A stretch of 45,479 nt of DNA from Pachysolen tannophilus NRRL Y-2460 (GCA_001661245.1 KV454011.1:2468987-2514465), one strand, 5' to 3'. Shown: positions 1 through 13,686, counted from the stretch's first letter. A program made the numbers and translations. Notes: generated from the sequence alone by a model not told the origin.

Positions 1-317
1 ACTTTTATTCCTAATTCTCTTGCTCTTATAATCAAATCCGTATGAGTAGTGGCACCAAAAGGATCACCAACAACCAAAAATGCAATATCCTCTGTATCTG
101 CATCTTTTAACATCTCATCTGAACCGGTTTCCACAAGTTCTCGATCAGCTAGAATAACTTCTTTTCCATAAAAACTCTCCAAAGATTCTTTCGATGCCGC
201 CATAAGAATCGACGTATAGGCCTCCAAATAAACCCTTTTACATTTTTTCACAGCCTGAAGACCCCTAACAGTTATATCAGTTTCATGAGATAATCCTAAT
301 CCAATTAAATACAACAT
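1..317 (-). CDS. DPH5: Diphthine methyl ester synthase, 5' part (runs off the window edge)
   Basis: Minus-strand ATG at 317 gives [38 protein letters not shown]...[17 protein letters not shown], the typical Dph5 N-terminus. Not in the ORF track. Confidence 0.95.
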   Translation of the reverse strand, partial: MLYLIGLGLSHETDITVRGLQAVKKCKRVYLEAYTSILMAASKESLESFYGKEVILADRELVETGSDEMLKDADTEDIAFLVVGDPFGATTHTDLIIRARELGIK

Positions 318-1444
318 GGTGATGACACTTATTACTCCCACCTGGTTGATTGTTCTTTCAATAAAGAGTCAAAATATAAATTACCTGAAAAAAAAAAAAA
401 AAATAAAAAAAAAAATTTTTTTTTTTTTTTTAAGTTTTCCGCTCTTTTCAACCGAAGTCGAAATCAACATTTTAAAAAGTAATTCATCTTTAAGATTCGG
501 ATTCAAATGAGTGTTTTCAGTTGAACTATATGTGAATCAAAGTAACAGTAGTTATTGAATAAATACTCTTGAAACATTTCCTTAATTTCGAACAAGAATC
601 ATTTTTAGTTGAATAATGGTTGATTTTTCTTATAATTATGTCTCTGCAGATGCTGTACTAAATGTTTTTTCAGCTTTTGTTGCTGACAAACTTTTCTTTA
701 AATATTAAGCATTTGGTCTCGAATTTTATAACAACTCATTCAGTTATACAAAGCTATCTGAATAGTCTCTTACTAACAATCCATTGATTTTAGTTCCGTT
801 TCTTCTGTTTGAATCGAGAATTTCATCATGTAAAAATGATAAATGTACTTTTTATCATAAAAATCCGCAGAAAATGCGGCTGTGATCTAATTAGCTTGTT
901 CTCTGGTCTAGACTATTTTCTTTTGATAGATGGAGTTTGCAAGAATTAAAGCTTAGATGATATTATGATTATGAGTTGGAAAAGTTTAGCTTAAAAGTGG
1001 AAAGATAAAAACAGATAAAAAATGACAGAGCTAAAAAATGAATGAGGCAACTTTTATGATGTAAAAACTCAGAACAAGAAATTTAGCTTTAATTTGTAGG
1101 ATGAAACAAGAAACAGACGTTCAGATACAAACCAAATTTGAATTAATAGTTTGAAAGTAATTTCTATTTTTTCAATTGGACTGTTCTAGATCTACTAGAG
1201 CAACTAAGACCAATGATTCAACTCCATTTACTTACCTATAGATATGTATAGAAAGAAAGCAAAGAAAAGAAAGAAAAATAAAAAATAAAAAAGTAAAAGG
1301 ACACATAAAAGAAAACAATTTAACGATGAATAGTTTTTTTTTTTTTTTTTTTATTTTAAATAAAGTTAATTGTCATAATCTCAGAAACTTATTTTGAGTC
1401 TGATATTTTCTGAATCCGTAAAATTTGAATTTTTAAGATAGTAT

Positions 1445-2161
1445 TTAAGAATTTGAAGGAGCTTTTACCTGTGCAACGTTTATGCTTTTTGAGCCCCATT
1501 CTTTCAAGTTATCTAATAGCGTTCCTTTTTCATGCAACAGATGAATATCATCAGAACCACCACGTGAAACTCCGTTTATGACTAAATTTGGAACAGTTTT
1601 TCTACCTGTTATTTGAGCAATATATTTTTGTAAATCCAGGCCATTTTTATGTTTATCTAATTCAACAATTGTAGGTAAAGGTGTGATTTCATACTGTTTT
1701 TGTAACAAATTTTTCAAAGCTTTTGAATATGGACAATACGTCTTACTAAAAATCACTACTGGTGAAATCTTCAAAATACCCGTATATTCCTTTTCAGCAT
1801 TAAATTCAGAAGTAACTTCTCCTTCTTTATTATTAACCATATTCTTATTATCTACAAGTACATCATCACCACTCTGAGCAATTGGGCGAGATACTCCTAA
1901 TTTTTGACGTACTTCTTCTGCATCTTTAACTCTACTTTCATCAATTTCACCTTTCTCATTTTTAACAACTTCATTCAAATTCGAATTAACCTTTGGATTT
2001 TGTAACATTTCAGTAATCTCTTGTTTCTGTTTAGAAGTATCATCACTGCTCTCAGAAGAGACAGAACTATAACTTTTGTTTGACGATACCAATATGAAAA
2101 CCACCGTCAAAAATAGTGCTGATAACGCAAGAATACGCTTTTTACGTGAAATAGAAGACAT
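1445..2161 (-). CDS. Monothiol glutaredoxin of the secretory pathway (Grx6/Grx7 type), 238 aa
   Basis: First ATG at 2161 (the track start at 2278 is TTG). Basic N-terminus plus signal-anchor (RKKRILALSALFLTVVFIL), FSKTYCPYS active site, TVP and GGSDD motifs. Confidence 0.9.
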   Translation of the reverse strand: MSSISRKKRILALSALFLTVVFILVSSNKSYSSVSSESSDDTSKQKQEITEMLQNPKVNSNLNEVVKNEKGEIDESRVKDAEEVRQKLGVSRPIAQSGDDVLVDNKNMVNNKEGEVTSEFNAEKEYTGILKISPVVIFSKTYCPYSKALKNLLQKQYEITPLPTIVELDKHKNGLDLQKYIAQITGRKTVPNLVINGVSRGGSDDIHLLHEKGTLLDNLKEWGSKSINVAQVKAPSNS

Positions 2162-2548
2162 TATGGAGCACTCAGTTGAAAAAAAAAAAAAAAAATCAAA
2201 GACAATTATTATCCAGATCAACAAAAAAATAATATAAAATAATAATAAAGCAGTTGTTATCTGTATTATATCAGACAAAAAAGTACGCCTCGAAGAAACA
2301 CTTTAAAAATTTAAAGCTGATTCTTGAGCGCTGACGCACGACCAGAGAAATAAAAGAAAACATCCCACACCACAGACATCAATGATTAGCCAATATTAAT
2401 GATTTCTTTTGTAAGGTAAGAGTAGATTACTTTTCAAGATTATATATATAAACCAATGGCATTAACAGTTGAAATCGAAAAAAAATAAAAAATAAAAAAA
2501 CAAAACAAAAAACAAAAAAACAAAAAAATAAACATGTATTAAAACAAT

Positions 2549-5500
2549 TTAAGCTCTTTCTGCAACCCATTTTCTAGCATTTTGGAATAATCTGATCCAA
2601 GGACCGTATCCTCCCCACTCGTCTAATTTATCCTTAGGATAGTAAGAGTTAGCTTCTAATCTAGTAACTCTTTCTGGATGAGGCATCATTGCTAATACTC
2701 TACCATTTGGAGATCTAATACCTGTTATACCGCTTGGAGAACCATTTGGATTGAATGGATATTTCTCGGTAACATTACCATAGTTATCAACGTAATTAAC
2801 TGCAACCAAGCCTTGTTGAACAAAATTATTCAACACTTCTTTACTTTCAAATGAAGCTCTACCTTCACCATGGGCAACTGCTATAGGTAATCTTGAACCT
2901 CCCATACCTTTAAGGAAAATACTTTCATTATTAACGCTGGAAACAATTTCAACAGAGCAAACTCTAGCCTCGTATTGTTCAGATAAGTTTCTCTCAAACG
3001 AAGGCCAATTTTCAGTTCCAGGAATCAATTCTTTTATCTTGGACAAGAATTGACAACCGTTACAAGCACCAAATGCAAATGTATCGTCTCTTTCTTGGAA
3101 AAATTTGAAAAATTCATTTCTTGCTCTATCATTGTACAATACTGATGTAGCCCAACCATTTCCTGCACCCAAGACATCACCATAAGAAAATCCACCACAT
3201 GCAGCAATACCAACAAAATTATCTAATGTGACTTTACCACCAATAATATCTGACATGTGCACATCTATAGAGTTGAATCCAGCTTGTTGGAAACTCCAAG
3301 CCATTTCTTGTTGACCATTTACACCTTGTTCTCTCAAGATAGCAACTTTTGGTCTATTGACTGTCAAGAAAGAAGAAAGCTGCTCTTCAGGATGGAATGT
3401 TACTTTATAACTAAGTCCTGGATCTTGATTATCTAATAGTGATTGAAATTCCTGATCAGCGGATGTTGGGTTGTCTCTCAATCTCTGTATATGGTATGAT
3501 GTCTTTGACCAGGTTTGCTGCAATTCAGCTCTAGATTTGGATAAAACGAGTTGTTGATTAACATTAATATTTATAAGTTGTTTCTTGTCAAACAATGGAG
3601 CACCGATAATTGAAATACAATCAACTGACACATTATTTTGTTTGAAAATTTTAACAAAAGTTGGATAGTCTGCTTCTTTGATTTGGAAAACTGCTCCTAA
3701 TTCTTCATTAAAAAGTTGCGTGAAGGGATCTTGAGTTGAATTAAAAATATTGATGTCTAAACCGGATCTAGCAGCAAATGCCATTTCTAACAATGTAACA
3801 ATTAAACCACCATCAGATCTATCGTGATATGCTAAGACATTGAAAGAATTATGTAAGGCCAATATAGATTTTAAGAAATTTTTCAACAATATGTTATCGT
3901 GAACATCTGGTGAAGACAATCCGACTTGATTGTAAACTTGAGCCAAAGCAGAACCTCCTAATGAAGATTTATTTTTTAAACTTAAATCAACCAAAACCAA
4001 TATTGTATCATCTTCATGTTGTAACTCCGGTGTCCAAGTGTTGCTTGTATCTTTAACACTACTGAAAGCTGTAATAACCAACGACAATGGAGCAACGACT
4101 TCTTTTTTATCACCCCATTTCATCTTCATTGACATGGAATCCTTACCAACAGGAATAGAAATACCCAAATCAGGACATAAATCTAACCCTATAGCTTGTA
4201 CGGCTTCGTATAAGGCAGATCCTTCACCTGGGTGAGATGCAGCAGACATCCAATTTGCAGAAAGTTTAACACTTTCCAACGATCTGATATCTGCTGCAAC
4301 AAGGTTTAATAATGATTCAGCAACACACATCTTGGAAGAAGCTTTTGGAGAGATTAATGCTAATGTTGGCTTCTCACCTAATGCTAATGCGTCACCAGTT
4401 TTAAGTATTCCATCACCAAGAGAAGTACCTGTAACACCTACATCAGCGACAGGAACTTGCCATGGTCCAACAAATTGATCACGATCAACAAGACCTGTGA
4501 CTGATCTATCACCAATTGTAATTAAGAATGATTTTGATCCAACAGAAGGTAATTGCAAAACTCTATCCAAAGCAGATTCAACGGATACATTAGATGGCAA
4601 AATGACTTCAGATAATTTTAGTGGTCTTGTTAAATCGGTTCTAGACATCTTTGGTGGTTTACCAAATAATATTGACATTTCTAAATCTATAGGTTTAGAT
4701 CCAAGTAATCTATCTGTTAATATTAATTTTTCTTCACTTGTAGCATGTCCTACAACGGCATATGGTGCTCTTTCTCTAGTACAAATTTCTTTGAATAATT
4801 CTAGATCTTGTTGTGCTACAGCCAAGACGTAACGCTCCTGTGATTCATTACACCAAATTTCCATTGGTGACATACCAGGTTCCAACGACAAGATATCTCT
4901 AAGTTCAAATTTAGCACCAAGTCCATTATCATGTACCAACTCTGGTAATGCATTAGATAAACCACCAGCACCGACATCATGGATTGATTGGATTGGGTTG
5001 CTTGAACCAAGAGATACACAAGCATCAATAACTTGTTGAGCTCTACGTTGCATTTCTGGGTTACCTCTTTGCACTGAGGCAAAATCCAAATCTGCAGAAC
5101 CTTCACCAGAAGAGACGGAAGATGCAGCACCACCACCAAGTCCAATAAGCATTGATTGTCCACCGAGAACAATGATTGCAGCTCCTGGTGTAATCTTGAA
5201 ATCTGTTTTTAAAGCCAATTGTGGTCTAATGGCACCCATTCCACCTGCAAGCATGATTGGTTTATGGAACCCACGAATTTCACTATTACCATCAAAATTT
5301 GTAACCTCTGTGGTAAGTGTTCTGAAATAACCATTAATACAAGGTCTACCAAATTCATTATTAAAAGCAGCCGACCCTAATGGAGCCTCGATCATAATAT
5401 CCAATGGAGAAGCAATATGGTCTGGTTTACCTATATCTTTTAATTCCCATGGTTGTTGTAAAGTAGGGATTAATAAATCAGATACACTAAATCCTGAAAG

Positions 5501-6637
5501 ACCACATTTAGATTTAGAGCCTCTACCTACTGCACCTTCATCTCTTATTTCACCACCAGACCCTGTAGCAGCACCTGGGAAAGGTGAAACAGCTGTAGGG
5601 TGGTTATGAGTTTCTACTTTGATTAAAGTATGTACTAATTCTTTTTTAGAAGACCATTTATGATCATTTTTTAAATCTGGAGTGAAAATAAAACCTTCTA
5701 CACCTTCATATATTGCGGCGTTATCACTATATGCACTAATGGTATATTGATGATTTAATTGTTCTGTATTTCTAATCATTTTAAACAAAGTGTTTGGTTT
5801 TGGTAAATCATCAATTGTCCAACTTGCATTAAAAATCTTATGTCTACAATGTTCTGAATTAACTTGAGCAAACATGAACAATTCTACATCTGTTGGATTT
5901 CTACCTATTATCTTTGTGAATGCTTCAATGAGGTAATCAATTTCACTATTATCCAATGCTAATCCCATAATTTTATTTGCCTTAATCAAATTTTCTTTTG
6001 AATTTAATAAATCTATTGAAACTAAAGGTCTTGGATCATGAGATTCAAATAAGTTTTTATAACCTGGTAATGTATTATAATACAAAGTTTGAGTCATTCT
6101 ATCATAAATTGAAGCCAATGATTGGAAATTATTTGTCAATAAATGATCAATTATAGGGAATCCAGGTCTAACTGAAATCATTATAGCCAATCCTCTTTCA
6201 ATTCTATTTACATGAGAATTTAAACCACAAACTTCAATAATATTTGTTGCTTTTGAAGACCAAGGTGATATAGTACCAGGACGTGGTAATACTCTTAAAA
6301 CATAAGTATTTTTATTTTGTAAAAAAAAATCTTGATCATTAAAATTATTTAAATCACCAGTTAATTGAATTAATTTTAATAATTTTTCCAGTTCAATATC
6401 ATTAACCAGATTTAATGGAGTATCATATTCCAATAATTTTTTCAATTTTAAAAGATACTCATCATCCAAACTCAGAACATCATCATGTAAATCGATATAA
6501 TGGATATAACAAGATTTAATCGAAGTAACAACATCAGAATTAACAGATTTATTAATATCTGCAGCCAAATTATTAACTCGAAATTGTGACAAGGCCTGAG
6601 GACCTGGTAATATGAGTAATTTTGAAGCAGCGCTCAT
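2549..6637 (-). CDS. ADE6: Phosphoribosylformylglycinamidine synthase
   Basis: 1362 aa with [41 protein letters not shown] and MMPHPER motifs. Confidence 0.98.
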   Translation of the reverse strand: MSAASKLLILPGPQALSQFRVNNLAADINKSVNSDVVTSIKSCYIHYIDLHDDVLSLDDEYLLKLKKLLEYDTPLNLVNDIELEKLLKLIQLTGDLNNFNDQDFFLQNKNTYVLRVLPRPGTISPWSSKATNIIEVCGLNSHVNRIERGLAIMISVRPGFPIIDHLLTNNFQSLASIYDRMTQTLYYNTLPGYKNLFESHDPRPLVSIDLLNSKENLIKANKIMGLALDNSEIDYLIEAFTKIIGRNPTDVELFMFAQVNSEHCRHKIFNASWTIDDLPKPNTLFKMIRNTEQLNHQYTISAYSDNAAIYEGVEGFIFTPDLKNDHKWSSKKELVHTLIKVETHNHPTAVSPFPGAATGSGGEIRDEGAVGRGSKSKCGLSGFSVSDLLIPTLQQPWELKDIGKPDHIASPLDIMIEAPLGSAAFNNEFGRPCINGYFRTLTTEVTNFDGNSEIRGFHKPIMLAGGMGAIRPQLALKTDFKITPGAAIIVLGGQSMLIGLGGGAASSVSSGEGSADLDFASVQRGNPEMQRRAQQVIDACVSLGSSNPIQSIHDVGAGGLSNALPELVHDNGLGAKFELRDILSLEPGMSPMEIWCNESQERYVLAVAQQDLELFKEICTRERAPYAVVGHATSEEKLILTDRLLGSKPIDLEMSILFGKPPKMSRTDLTRPLKLSEVILPSNVSVESALDRVLQLPSVGSKSFLITIGDRSVTGLVDRDQFVGPWQVPVADVGVTGTSLGDGILKTGDALALGEKPTLALISPKASSKMCVAESLLNLVAADIRSLESVKLSANWMSAASHPGEGSALYEAVQAIGLDLCPDLGISIPVGKDSMSMKMKWGDKKEVVAPLSLVITAFSSVKDTSNTWTPELQHEDDTILVLVDLSLKNKSSLGGSALAQVYNQVGLSSPDVHDNILLKNFLKSILALHNSFNVLAYHDRSDGGLIVTLLEMAFAARSGLDINIFNSTQDPFTQLFNEELGAVFQIKEADYPTFVKIFKQNNVSVDCISIIGAPLFDKKQLININVNQQLVLSKSRAELQQTWSKTSYHIQRLRDNPTSADQEFQSLLDNQDPGLSYKVTFHPEEQLSSFLTVNRPKVAILREQGVNGQQEMAWSFQQAGFNSIDVHMSDIIGGKVTLDNFVGIAACGGFSYGDVLGAGNGWATSVLYNDRARNEFFKFFQERDDTFAFGACNGCQFLSKIKELIPGTENWPSFERNLSEQYEARVCSVEIVSSVNNESIFLKGMGGSRLPIAVAHGEGRASFESKEVLNNFVQQGLVAVNYVDNYGNVTEKYPFNPNGSPSGITGIRSPNGRVLAMMPHPERVTRLEANSYYPKDKLDEWGGYGPWIRLFQNARKWVAERA

Positions 6638-6847
6638 TCCTCACAATACAAACTCAAACTCAACAACCTCTAGTATCTGAGAAGTATTTGAATTATGCAA
6701 AAAAAGAAAAAATATAATATAAAATTTTCTTTTTTTAAAGATTCATTGAATTTCTCACAATTAATACTATAATTTACATATATATAAATATTTATTATAT
6801 ATAATTCTCAACTGAAAAATATTTCACTAATTTTACTTTTTCAACCT

Positions 6848-6859
6848 TGACTCTGACTT
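6848..6859. promoter_or_regulatory. Putative Bas1/Gcn4 site upstream of ADE6
   Basis: TGACTC followed by TGACTT about 210 bp upstream of the ADE6 ATG; TGACTC is the known Bas1/Gcn4 core in purine genes. Confidence 0.55.
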
Positions 6860-6969
6860 GGCTCTTCTCAATTCATTAAAAAGAAAAAGAAAAAGAAAAA
6901 AGATTTTTTTTGGTACTAAAGATTTCGAGGGCCATATGAATCTAAAAAAAAAAAAAAAAAAAAAAAAAA

Positions 6970-7437
6970 NNNNNNNNNNNNNNNNNNNNNNNNNNNNNNN
7001 NNNNNNNNNNNNNNNNNNNNNNNNNNNNNNNNNNNNNNNNNNNNNNNNNNNNNNNNNNNNNNNNNNNNNNNNNNNNNNNNNNNNNNNNNNNNNNNNNNNN
7101 NNNNNNNNNNNNNNNNNNNNNNNNNNNNNNNNNNNNNNNNNNNNNNNNNNNNNNNNNNNNNNNNNNNNNNNNNNNNNNNNNNNNNNNNNNNNNNNNNNNN
7201 NNNNNNNNNNNNNNNNNNNNNNNNNNNNNNNNNNNNNNNNNNNNNNNNNNNNNNNNNNNNNNNNNNNNNNNNNNNNNNNNNNNNNNNNNNNNNNNNNNNN
7301 NNNNNNNNNNNNNNNNNNNNNNNNNNNNNNNNNNNNNNNNNNNNNNNNNNNNNNNNNNNNNNNNNNNNNNNNNNNNNNNNNNNNNNNNNNNNNNNNNNNN
7401 NNNNNNNNNNNNNNNNNNNNNNNNNNNNNNNNNNNNN
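6970..7437. other. Assembly gap (468 N) flanked by poly(A) tracts
   Basis: Run of N in the ADE6-NOC2 divergent intergenic region. Confidence 1.
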
Positions 7438-7657
7438 AAAAAAAAAAACTTACTAGGGCTGTAGGAAAATTAGTTTTTTCAAAAAAAAAACTTTGGGGTG
7501 GTAAAGTTACTGGATTTGGCAAGAAAAAAAAGAAATTATCAGTAGTGTATTAGCGTAACAAATAGTTTTGTTTTTGGACAAATTGTAGTTTGAGTACACT
7601 ACTTACTATTAGTAGTTAATTTTTTCTCTTTGCGTTTTGTCTTTTTGTATAGGAATA

Positions 7658-7668
7658 TGAAAAATTTT
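7658..7668 (+). promoter_or_regulatory. RRPE element upstream of NOC2
   Basis: TGAAAAATTTT about 110 bp upstream of a ribosome-biogenesis gene. Confidence 0.6.
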
Positions 7669-7773
7669 TTTTTCTCATATATATTATATATATTTTTTAG
7701 TACCTTTTTTGATAGTATTAACTGTTGATAAAAAAACAGGTAGTTGTAGTACGATTGGGTATTATAGGTCATC

Positions 7774-9963
7774 ATGGGTAAAGCATCAAAGGCAACCAAG
7801 AAGTTTCAGTCGAAGCACTTGAAACATACGCTAGACCATAGGAAGGAAGTTCAAAAACATAATAAGCTTAAGGGTAATAGAAAATTTGGATCAAAATCTA
7901 AAAGCTCATCGGGTTCATCAGATTCAACGAGTGTTGCTAAGGAGAAAAAAAATGATGAAATTTTTAAAGATATGAATGTTGAGGAATTTTTCGCTGGAGG
8001 GTTTGATGTTCCAAAAGCTAAGAAATCTAATAAATCCAAACGTGAGGAAAAAGAAGATGAAGCAGACGAAGATGAGGAAGAATCTTCTGAAGAAGAATTT
8101 GAACAAGATATGGATAAATTGGAAGAACAAGATCCAGATTTTTACAAATATTTAAAAGAAAACGATAAGCAGTTGTTAGATTTCAAGCCTGTGAATCCTT
8201 TAGATGCTATTGATAGTGAGGATGAGGATGAGGAAGATGAGGAAGAGGAAGAGGAATATAAGCAAGACCAACAAAAGGATGATGAAATTCAAGAATCTTT
8301 TAATAAGATTGAAGTAACTTTAGAATCAGTCAAGTTATGGGAGAAAAATTTATCTTCTTCTAAACCAGATATGAAAATTTTGAAAAATGTTTCAAGTGCT
8401 TTTAAAGCTGCAGTTAATATTAACAATGGGAATGATGATTATAAATATTCAGTGACTGATGAAGATGCTTTTAATCAATTAATGCTTTTAACTTTAAAGA
8501 AATTACCAATAGCTATTCAAACAATTGTTCCTTATAAGAAAAATTCAAATGGTGTAAGGAGTTTGCCATCATCAAAACAAATGGATAAGAAAATTAATGC
8601 AATTCTGAATATATTGAAATCTCATTCTGGTTCTTTATTGACTTTACTTAATGATATAACAAATACAGAAACAGCTGCATTGATTTTATCTTCACTTCAA
8701 GAAATTTTACCATATTATTTATCTCAAAGAAAATTAATTAAAAAATTGTTTAATTCAATTATAGATATTTGGTCTACAACTCAAGATGTTGATACACAAA
8801 TTGCAACATTCGCATTTTTAAATAATGTCTCTAGAGAATTCCCAAAATCTATATTGGAAATTGTATTAAGATCAACATATGCAACATTTATTAAAAATGC
8901 AAGATCAATGAATATTCATACAGATGCAAATATAAATTTTCAAAAAAATTCTGCCACTGAATTATTTGGAATTAATGAAACATTATCATATCAAGTTGGT
9001 TTTGAAAGTATTAGACAATTGGCAATTCATTTGAGAAATTCTATAAACAATCCAACTAAGGATAGTTATAAAATTATTTATAACTGGCAATATTGCCATT
9101 CATTGGATTTTTGGTCTAGAGTCTTATCAAAATATTGTAACTCCAATCAGGAAACCAAAAATAATGAATCTCCATTGAAACAATTGATATATCCTTTGGT
9201 ACAAGTTACAATAGGTACTATTAGATTATTACCAACTTCTCAATTTTATCCTTTAAGATTTTACCTTATAAGATCTCTTATTAGATTATCACAAAATACA
9301 GGAGTTTTCATCCCATTGTTCCCATTACTATCAGAGATTTTAACCTCAACAGCTTTTACGAAAAACCCTAAACCAGATTCTAAAAAGAAAAATTCTCAAC
9401 AACAACCATTACAACTGGTTGATTTTGATCATAATATAAAAGTTAACCTGGCATATTTAAATACAAGAATATATCAAGATGGGCTCTGTGCACAATTTAT
9501 CGAATTGATAGCTGAATTTTTTGTTCTTTATAGCAAAAATATTTCATTCCCAGAATTAGTTACACCTCCAGTTATTATTCTCAGACGTTATATTAAGAAT
9601 TCCAAAAATATCAAGTTCAATAAACAGTTGTCAAATTTAATTGAAAAATTAAATGCTAATTCTAAATTCATTACGGAGAAAAGATCTCATGTAGAATTTG
9701 GTCCAAATAACAGAGCTGAGGTTAACAGATTCTTAAGCGATTTAAACTGGCAAGATACACCATTAGGTAAATATGTAGTAGTACAAAGAGAAGTTAAAGA
9801 AGAAAAGAATAGAATTTTAAGAGAATCACTGTTAGCAGATGAAGAAGAAAGGAAAAATAAGAAAGAGCAAAAAGATGAAGATGATATTGTTATGTCTGAC
9901 GCAAGTGAAGAAGAAGATGATGAAGAAGAAGAACAAGAGGATGAAGACGAAGATGAAGAATGA
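7774..9963 (+). CDS. NOC2: Nucleolar complex protein 2 (60S biogenesis)
   Basis: MGKASKATKKFQSKHLKHTLD start, DPDFYKYL, RQLAIHLRNS, YNWQYCHSLDFWS and acidic tracts. Confidence 0.96.
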   Translation: MGKASKATKKFQSKHLKHTLDHRKEVQKHNKLKGNRKFGSKSKSSSGSSDSTSVAKEKKNDEIFKDMNVEEFFAGGFDVPKAKKSNKSKREEKEDEADEDEEESSEEEFEQDMDKLEEQDPDFYKYLKENDKQLLDFKPVNPLDAIDSEDEDEEDEEEEEEYKQDQQKDDEIQESFNKIEVTLESVKLWEKNLSSSKPDMKILKNVSSAFKAAVNINNGNDDYKYSVTDEDAFNQLMLLTLKKLPIAIQTIVPYKKNSNGVRSLPSSKQMDKKINAILNILKSHSGSLLTLLNDITNTETAALILSSLQEILPYYLSQRKLIKKLFNSIIDIWSTTQDVDTQIATFAFLNNVSREFPKSILEIVLRSTYATFIKNARSMNIHTDANINFQKNSATELFGINETLSYQVGFESIRQLAIHLRNSINNPTKDSYKIIYNWQYCHSLDFWSRVLSKYCNSNQETKNNESPLKQLIYPLVQVTIGTIRLLPTSQFYPLRFYLIRSLIRLSQNTGVFIPLFPLLSEILTSTAFTKNPKPDSKKKNSQQQPLQLVDFDHNIKVNLAYLNTRIYQDGLCAQFIELIAEFFVLYSKNISFPELVTPPVIILRRYIKNSKNIKFNKQLSNLIEKLNANSKFITEKRSHVEFGPNNRAEVNRFLSDLNWQDTPLGKYVVVQREVKEEKNRILRESLLADEEERKNKKEQKDEDDIVMSDASEEEDDEEEEQEDEDEDEE

Positions 9964-10381
9964 ATGTGATTGTTTTATTTTATTTATCTTGCTGCATCTT
10001 TATTATATAAACTTTAAGCTTTTTTTTTTTATAATGTTTTAAATTTAGAGCTAAATTTAAAATCACATCAAGTGATTAGCACAATTTTAATAGGATAGTT
10101 AATTTATTTTTTTTTATAGATATTTAACGCAATTTAGAAATAGCTGATAAGAAAAATTGAATTAAAATTTAGATATAGATGTAAATCAAACGAACGCGAA
10201 AAAAAAAAAAAAAAATGGTGCAGATGCAAATTGTTGTTTAGAAGTAGGTAAAGCTACGAATGAAAGCAAAATAGTTTTGGAAAAAGAAACCAGAGAAACA
10301 ACTCAAATGAAAAGTAAAATTCCACAATAAAGGGGAAAAGCAAGGAAGGGTCTCAAAATATGAAAAGTAGGATGGGCGAAT

Positions 10382-11554
<1,173 letters not shown>

Positions 11555-11641
11555 CTACAAAAAAAAAAAGAAAAAAATCCATTCAAAAGAATTTCCAAAC
11601 TTTAAATAGGCCTCAAAGACAAAATACATATATATATAAAA

Positions 11642-11809
11642 GTTTCAAGATGAAGGCGGCCACCTAGGAGATAAATTAACATAAACTTACAAGTCAACTA
11701 GTACCAACCAATGAAGACCATAATAATCCTGGGTAACTTTCTTGTTGTACAATGAAACTATACTATTGTCGGACATGTAATGTGCCTCACCCATATAGAA
11801 ATCTGAAAC
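11642..11809. promoter_or_regulatory. Candidate Ste12 pheromone-response element cores upstream of the MAPK
   Basis: GTTTCA at 11642 and TGAAAC at 11753 and 11804; none is a perfect TGAAACA. Confidence 0.35.
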
Positions 11810-11851
11810 TTTCACTTATTAGAAACCTGCATGATGCATATTCTTGAGCAT

Positions 11852-11974
11852 TAAACGAACAAGTTACAGCGGTAGTGCACGTCAAACAAACAATACCCGA
11901 AAAAGGTGTTTGACTTTAAACGATTTATAGTGAATGTAAAAGAATTTTTCAGGTCAAAAAGGTTCTATATACGA
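11852..11974. promoter_or_regulatory. Three Upc2/Ecm22 sterol-regulatory elements upstream of ERG27
   Basis: TAAACGA at 11852 and 11917 and TATACGA at 11968 (reverse complements of TCGTTTA/TCGTATA), all in one orientation within 200 bp of the ATG. Confidence 0.7.
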
Positions 11975-12043
11975 ACCAAATAAAATATACTACAATTATT
12001 GTTAATTGTATATTTGTAGTTTTTTTTTATATTGGTTATAGTT

Positions 12044-13093
12044 ATGGCGGTTTCTAGTGATCGGTTAGTTGTGCTTATTACAGGTACTAATAGTAATCTT
12101 GGTGTGAATCTTGCTTATCGTTTTTTAGAGACGCTGCCTCGGGAAGTTAGAATAACGTTAATTGTTACATCACGAACTCTTCCAAGGGCCAATGAAGTTA
12201 TTAAGGAGATTAATGATTTTAACCGTACGAAGCTTTGTAGGCCGGGGTTATTAGATTTTGATTATTTGCTTGTAGATTTCACGAATATGGTTTCAATTCT
12301 TGCAGCTTATTATGAATTAATTCAAAGATATGATAAGATTGATTATTTATATGTTAATGCAGCTCAAGGTGTTTATGATGGAATTGATTGGGTAGGAGCT
12401 GCTAAAGAGATAGCTACAAATCCTATTGAAGGGGTGACACAACCGCATTATAAGATCCAGCGTGTTGGAGTGAAGTCTAAAGATGGGTTAGGATTAGTTT
12501 TTCAAGCCAATGTTTTTGGTCCATATTATTTTATTCATAAGATTACTAAATTATTACAAGATGGTGGTACAATAGTATGGATTTCAAGTATAATGTCATC
12601 TCCTTCATATCTTTCATTTAACGATTTGCAATTGATAAGATCTACAGAATCTTATGAAGGATCTAAAAGACTTGTTGATTTACTTCATTTAGCTACATAT
12701 AAAAAATTATTAAAACAAAAAGGTATAAGACAATATGTTGTTCAACCTGGTATATTTATTAGTTATTCATTTGGTAAAGTTTTAAATTTGATTTCATATT
12801 GGGGAATGATTTTATTATTTTATGTTGCACGTTGGCTTGGTTCACCTTGGCATAATATTTCTGGTTATAACGCAGCAAATTCTGCAATTACAGTTTCCTT
12901 ATTATTAGATGAAAAAAATTTTGAACAAGATGTAAAATATGGTAGTGCATGTGATAGGTCAGGTAAATGTTATATGGTTAGAGAACAAATTGATTCTACT
13001 GGTTGTGAAGATGTATTGGCTTATATGGAAAAATTAAGAAATGAATGGGATGAATTACTAAAAGATCAAATTTCAGATACAAGGAAACTCTGA
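12044..13093 (+). CDS. ERG27: 3-keto sterol reductase
   Basis: ATG at 12044; ITGTNSNLG, VTSRTLPR, FQANVFGPYYF, SYEGSKRLVDLLH and WLGSPWHNI motifs. Confidence 0.96.
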   Translation: MAVSSDRLVVLITGTNSNLGVNLAYRFLETLPREVRITLIVTSRTLPRANEVIKEINDFNRTKLCRPGLLDFDYLLVDFTNMVSILAAYYELIQRYDKIDYLYVNAAQGVYDGIDWVGAAKEIATNPIEGVTQPHYKIQRVGVKSKDGLGLVFQANVFGPYYFIHKITKLLQDGGTIVWISSIMSSPSYLSFNDLQLIRSTESYEGSKRLVDLLHLATYKKLLKQKGIRQYVVQPGIFISYSFGKVLNLISYWGMILLFYVARWLGSPWHNISGYNAANSAITVSLLLDEKNFEQDVKYGSACDRSGKCYMVREQIDSTGCEDVLAYMEKLRNEWDELLKDQISDTRKL

Positions 13094-13177
13094 AAGTTTT
13101 TTTTAAAAAAAAAAAAAAAAAAGAAAGTGTATATATATATATATATATATGATAGATTAAAAATTTTATTTCTTTTT

Positions 13178-13453
13178 TCAATTTTCATCTAACCATTTTA
13201 ACGAATCAATACATTTATCTAATTTTCCATTTAACTCATAAATTGTATTTTTATCATTTACTAAATTTAATTTTTTCCTATTCAAATTCAAAGAATTATA
13301 TGCCGCCTTATCTGCATCACGGAAATTAGAAACAACTTTAGTCAATTCATTATGAGTCTTGGGCGACGGTAACGCTCTTATATTTTTAACCCATTCCAAT
13401 TGATGTTTCCGCAGTACTATACTTGTTTTTGTAATATTATCCTGTGCTGCCAT
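13178..13453 (-). CDS. Hypothetical 91-aa protein
   Basis: ATG at 13453 (MAAQDNITK...KWLDEN) with protein-like composition. The track's upstream extension is low-complexity AT sequence. No family recognised. Confidence 0.55.
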   Translation of the reverse strand: MAAQDNITKTSIVLRKHQLEWVKNIRALPSPKTHNELTKVVSNFRDADKAAYNSLNLNRKKLNLVNDKNTIYELNGKLDKCIDSLKWLDEN

Positions 13454-13615
13454 AGAAACTCTATACAACCATATTAAAAAAAAAAATAATAAATAAATAA
13501 ATAAATAATATATATATATATATGAATACAAATTTTCATTTATTCTATCTTGGGAATAACTAAGTGTATTATCCACTCAGATGGAAAAAAGAATTGCAAC
13601 CAACCACTAAAATAT

Positions 13616-13686
13616 GCGCAAATGGTTTAGTGGTAAAATCCAACGTTGCCATCGTTGGGCCCCCGGTTCGATTCCGGGTTTGCGCA
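13616..13686 (+). tRNA. tRNA-Gly (GCC)
   Basis: GCGCAAA/TTTGCGC acceptor stem, TGGTTTAGTGG A-box, CAACG-TTGCCAT-CGTTG anticodon arm, GGTTCGATTCC B-box; 71 nt, no intron. Confidence 0.98.

Noticed and set aside
316..510. 64-aa + ORF and similar poly-K/poly-F ORFs (7599, 13835, 21647, 22433, 39638)
   Set aside because: Translations of poly(dA:dT) promoter or terminator tracts.
2360..2378. CCCACACCACAG as a telomerase template candidate
   Set aside because: Matches less than one repeat unit and sits in a short intergenic region.
3034..5172. Short overlapping or antisense ORFs inside ADE6 (and inside ACS2, HAP1, GAT1 and others)
   Set aside because: Shadow ORFs of real genes with no motifs.
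6833..7553. Two ORFs of about 230 aa in the track
   Set aside because: Artefacts of reading through the N gap and poly(A).
11711..11806. Possible C/D snoRNA (ATGAAGA...CTGA) and an a1-alpha2 site (CATGTAAT)
   Set aside because: Imperfect C box, no recognisable rRNA guide, and wrong half-site spacing.
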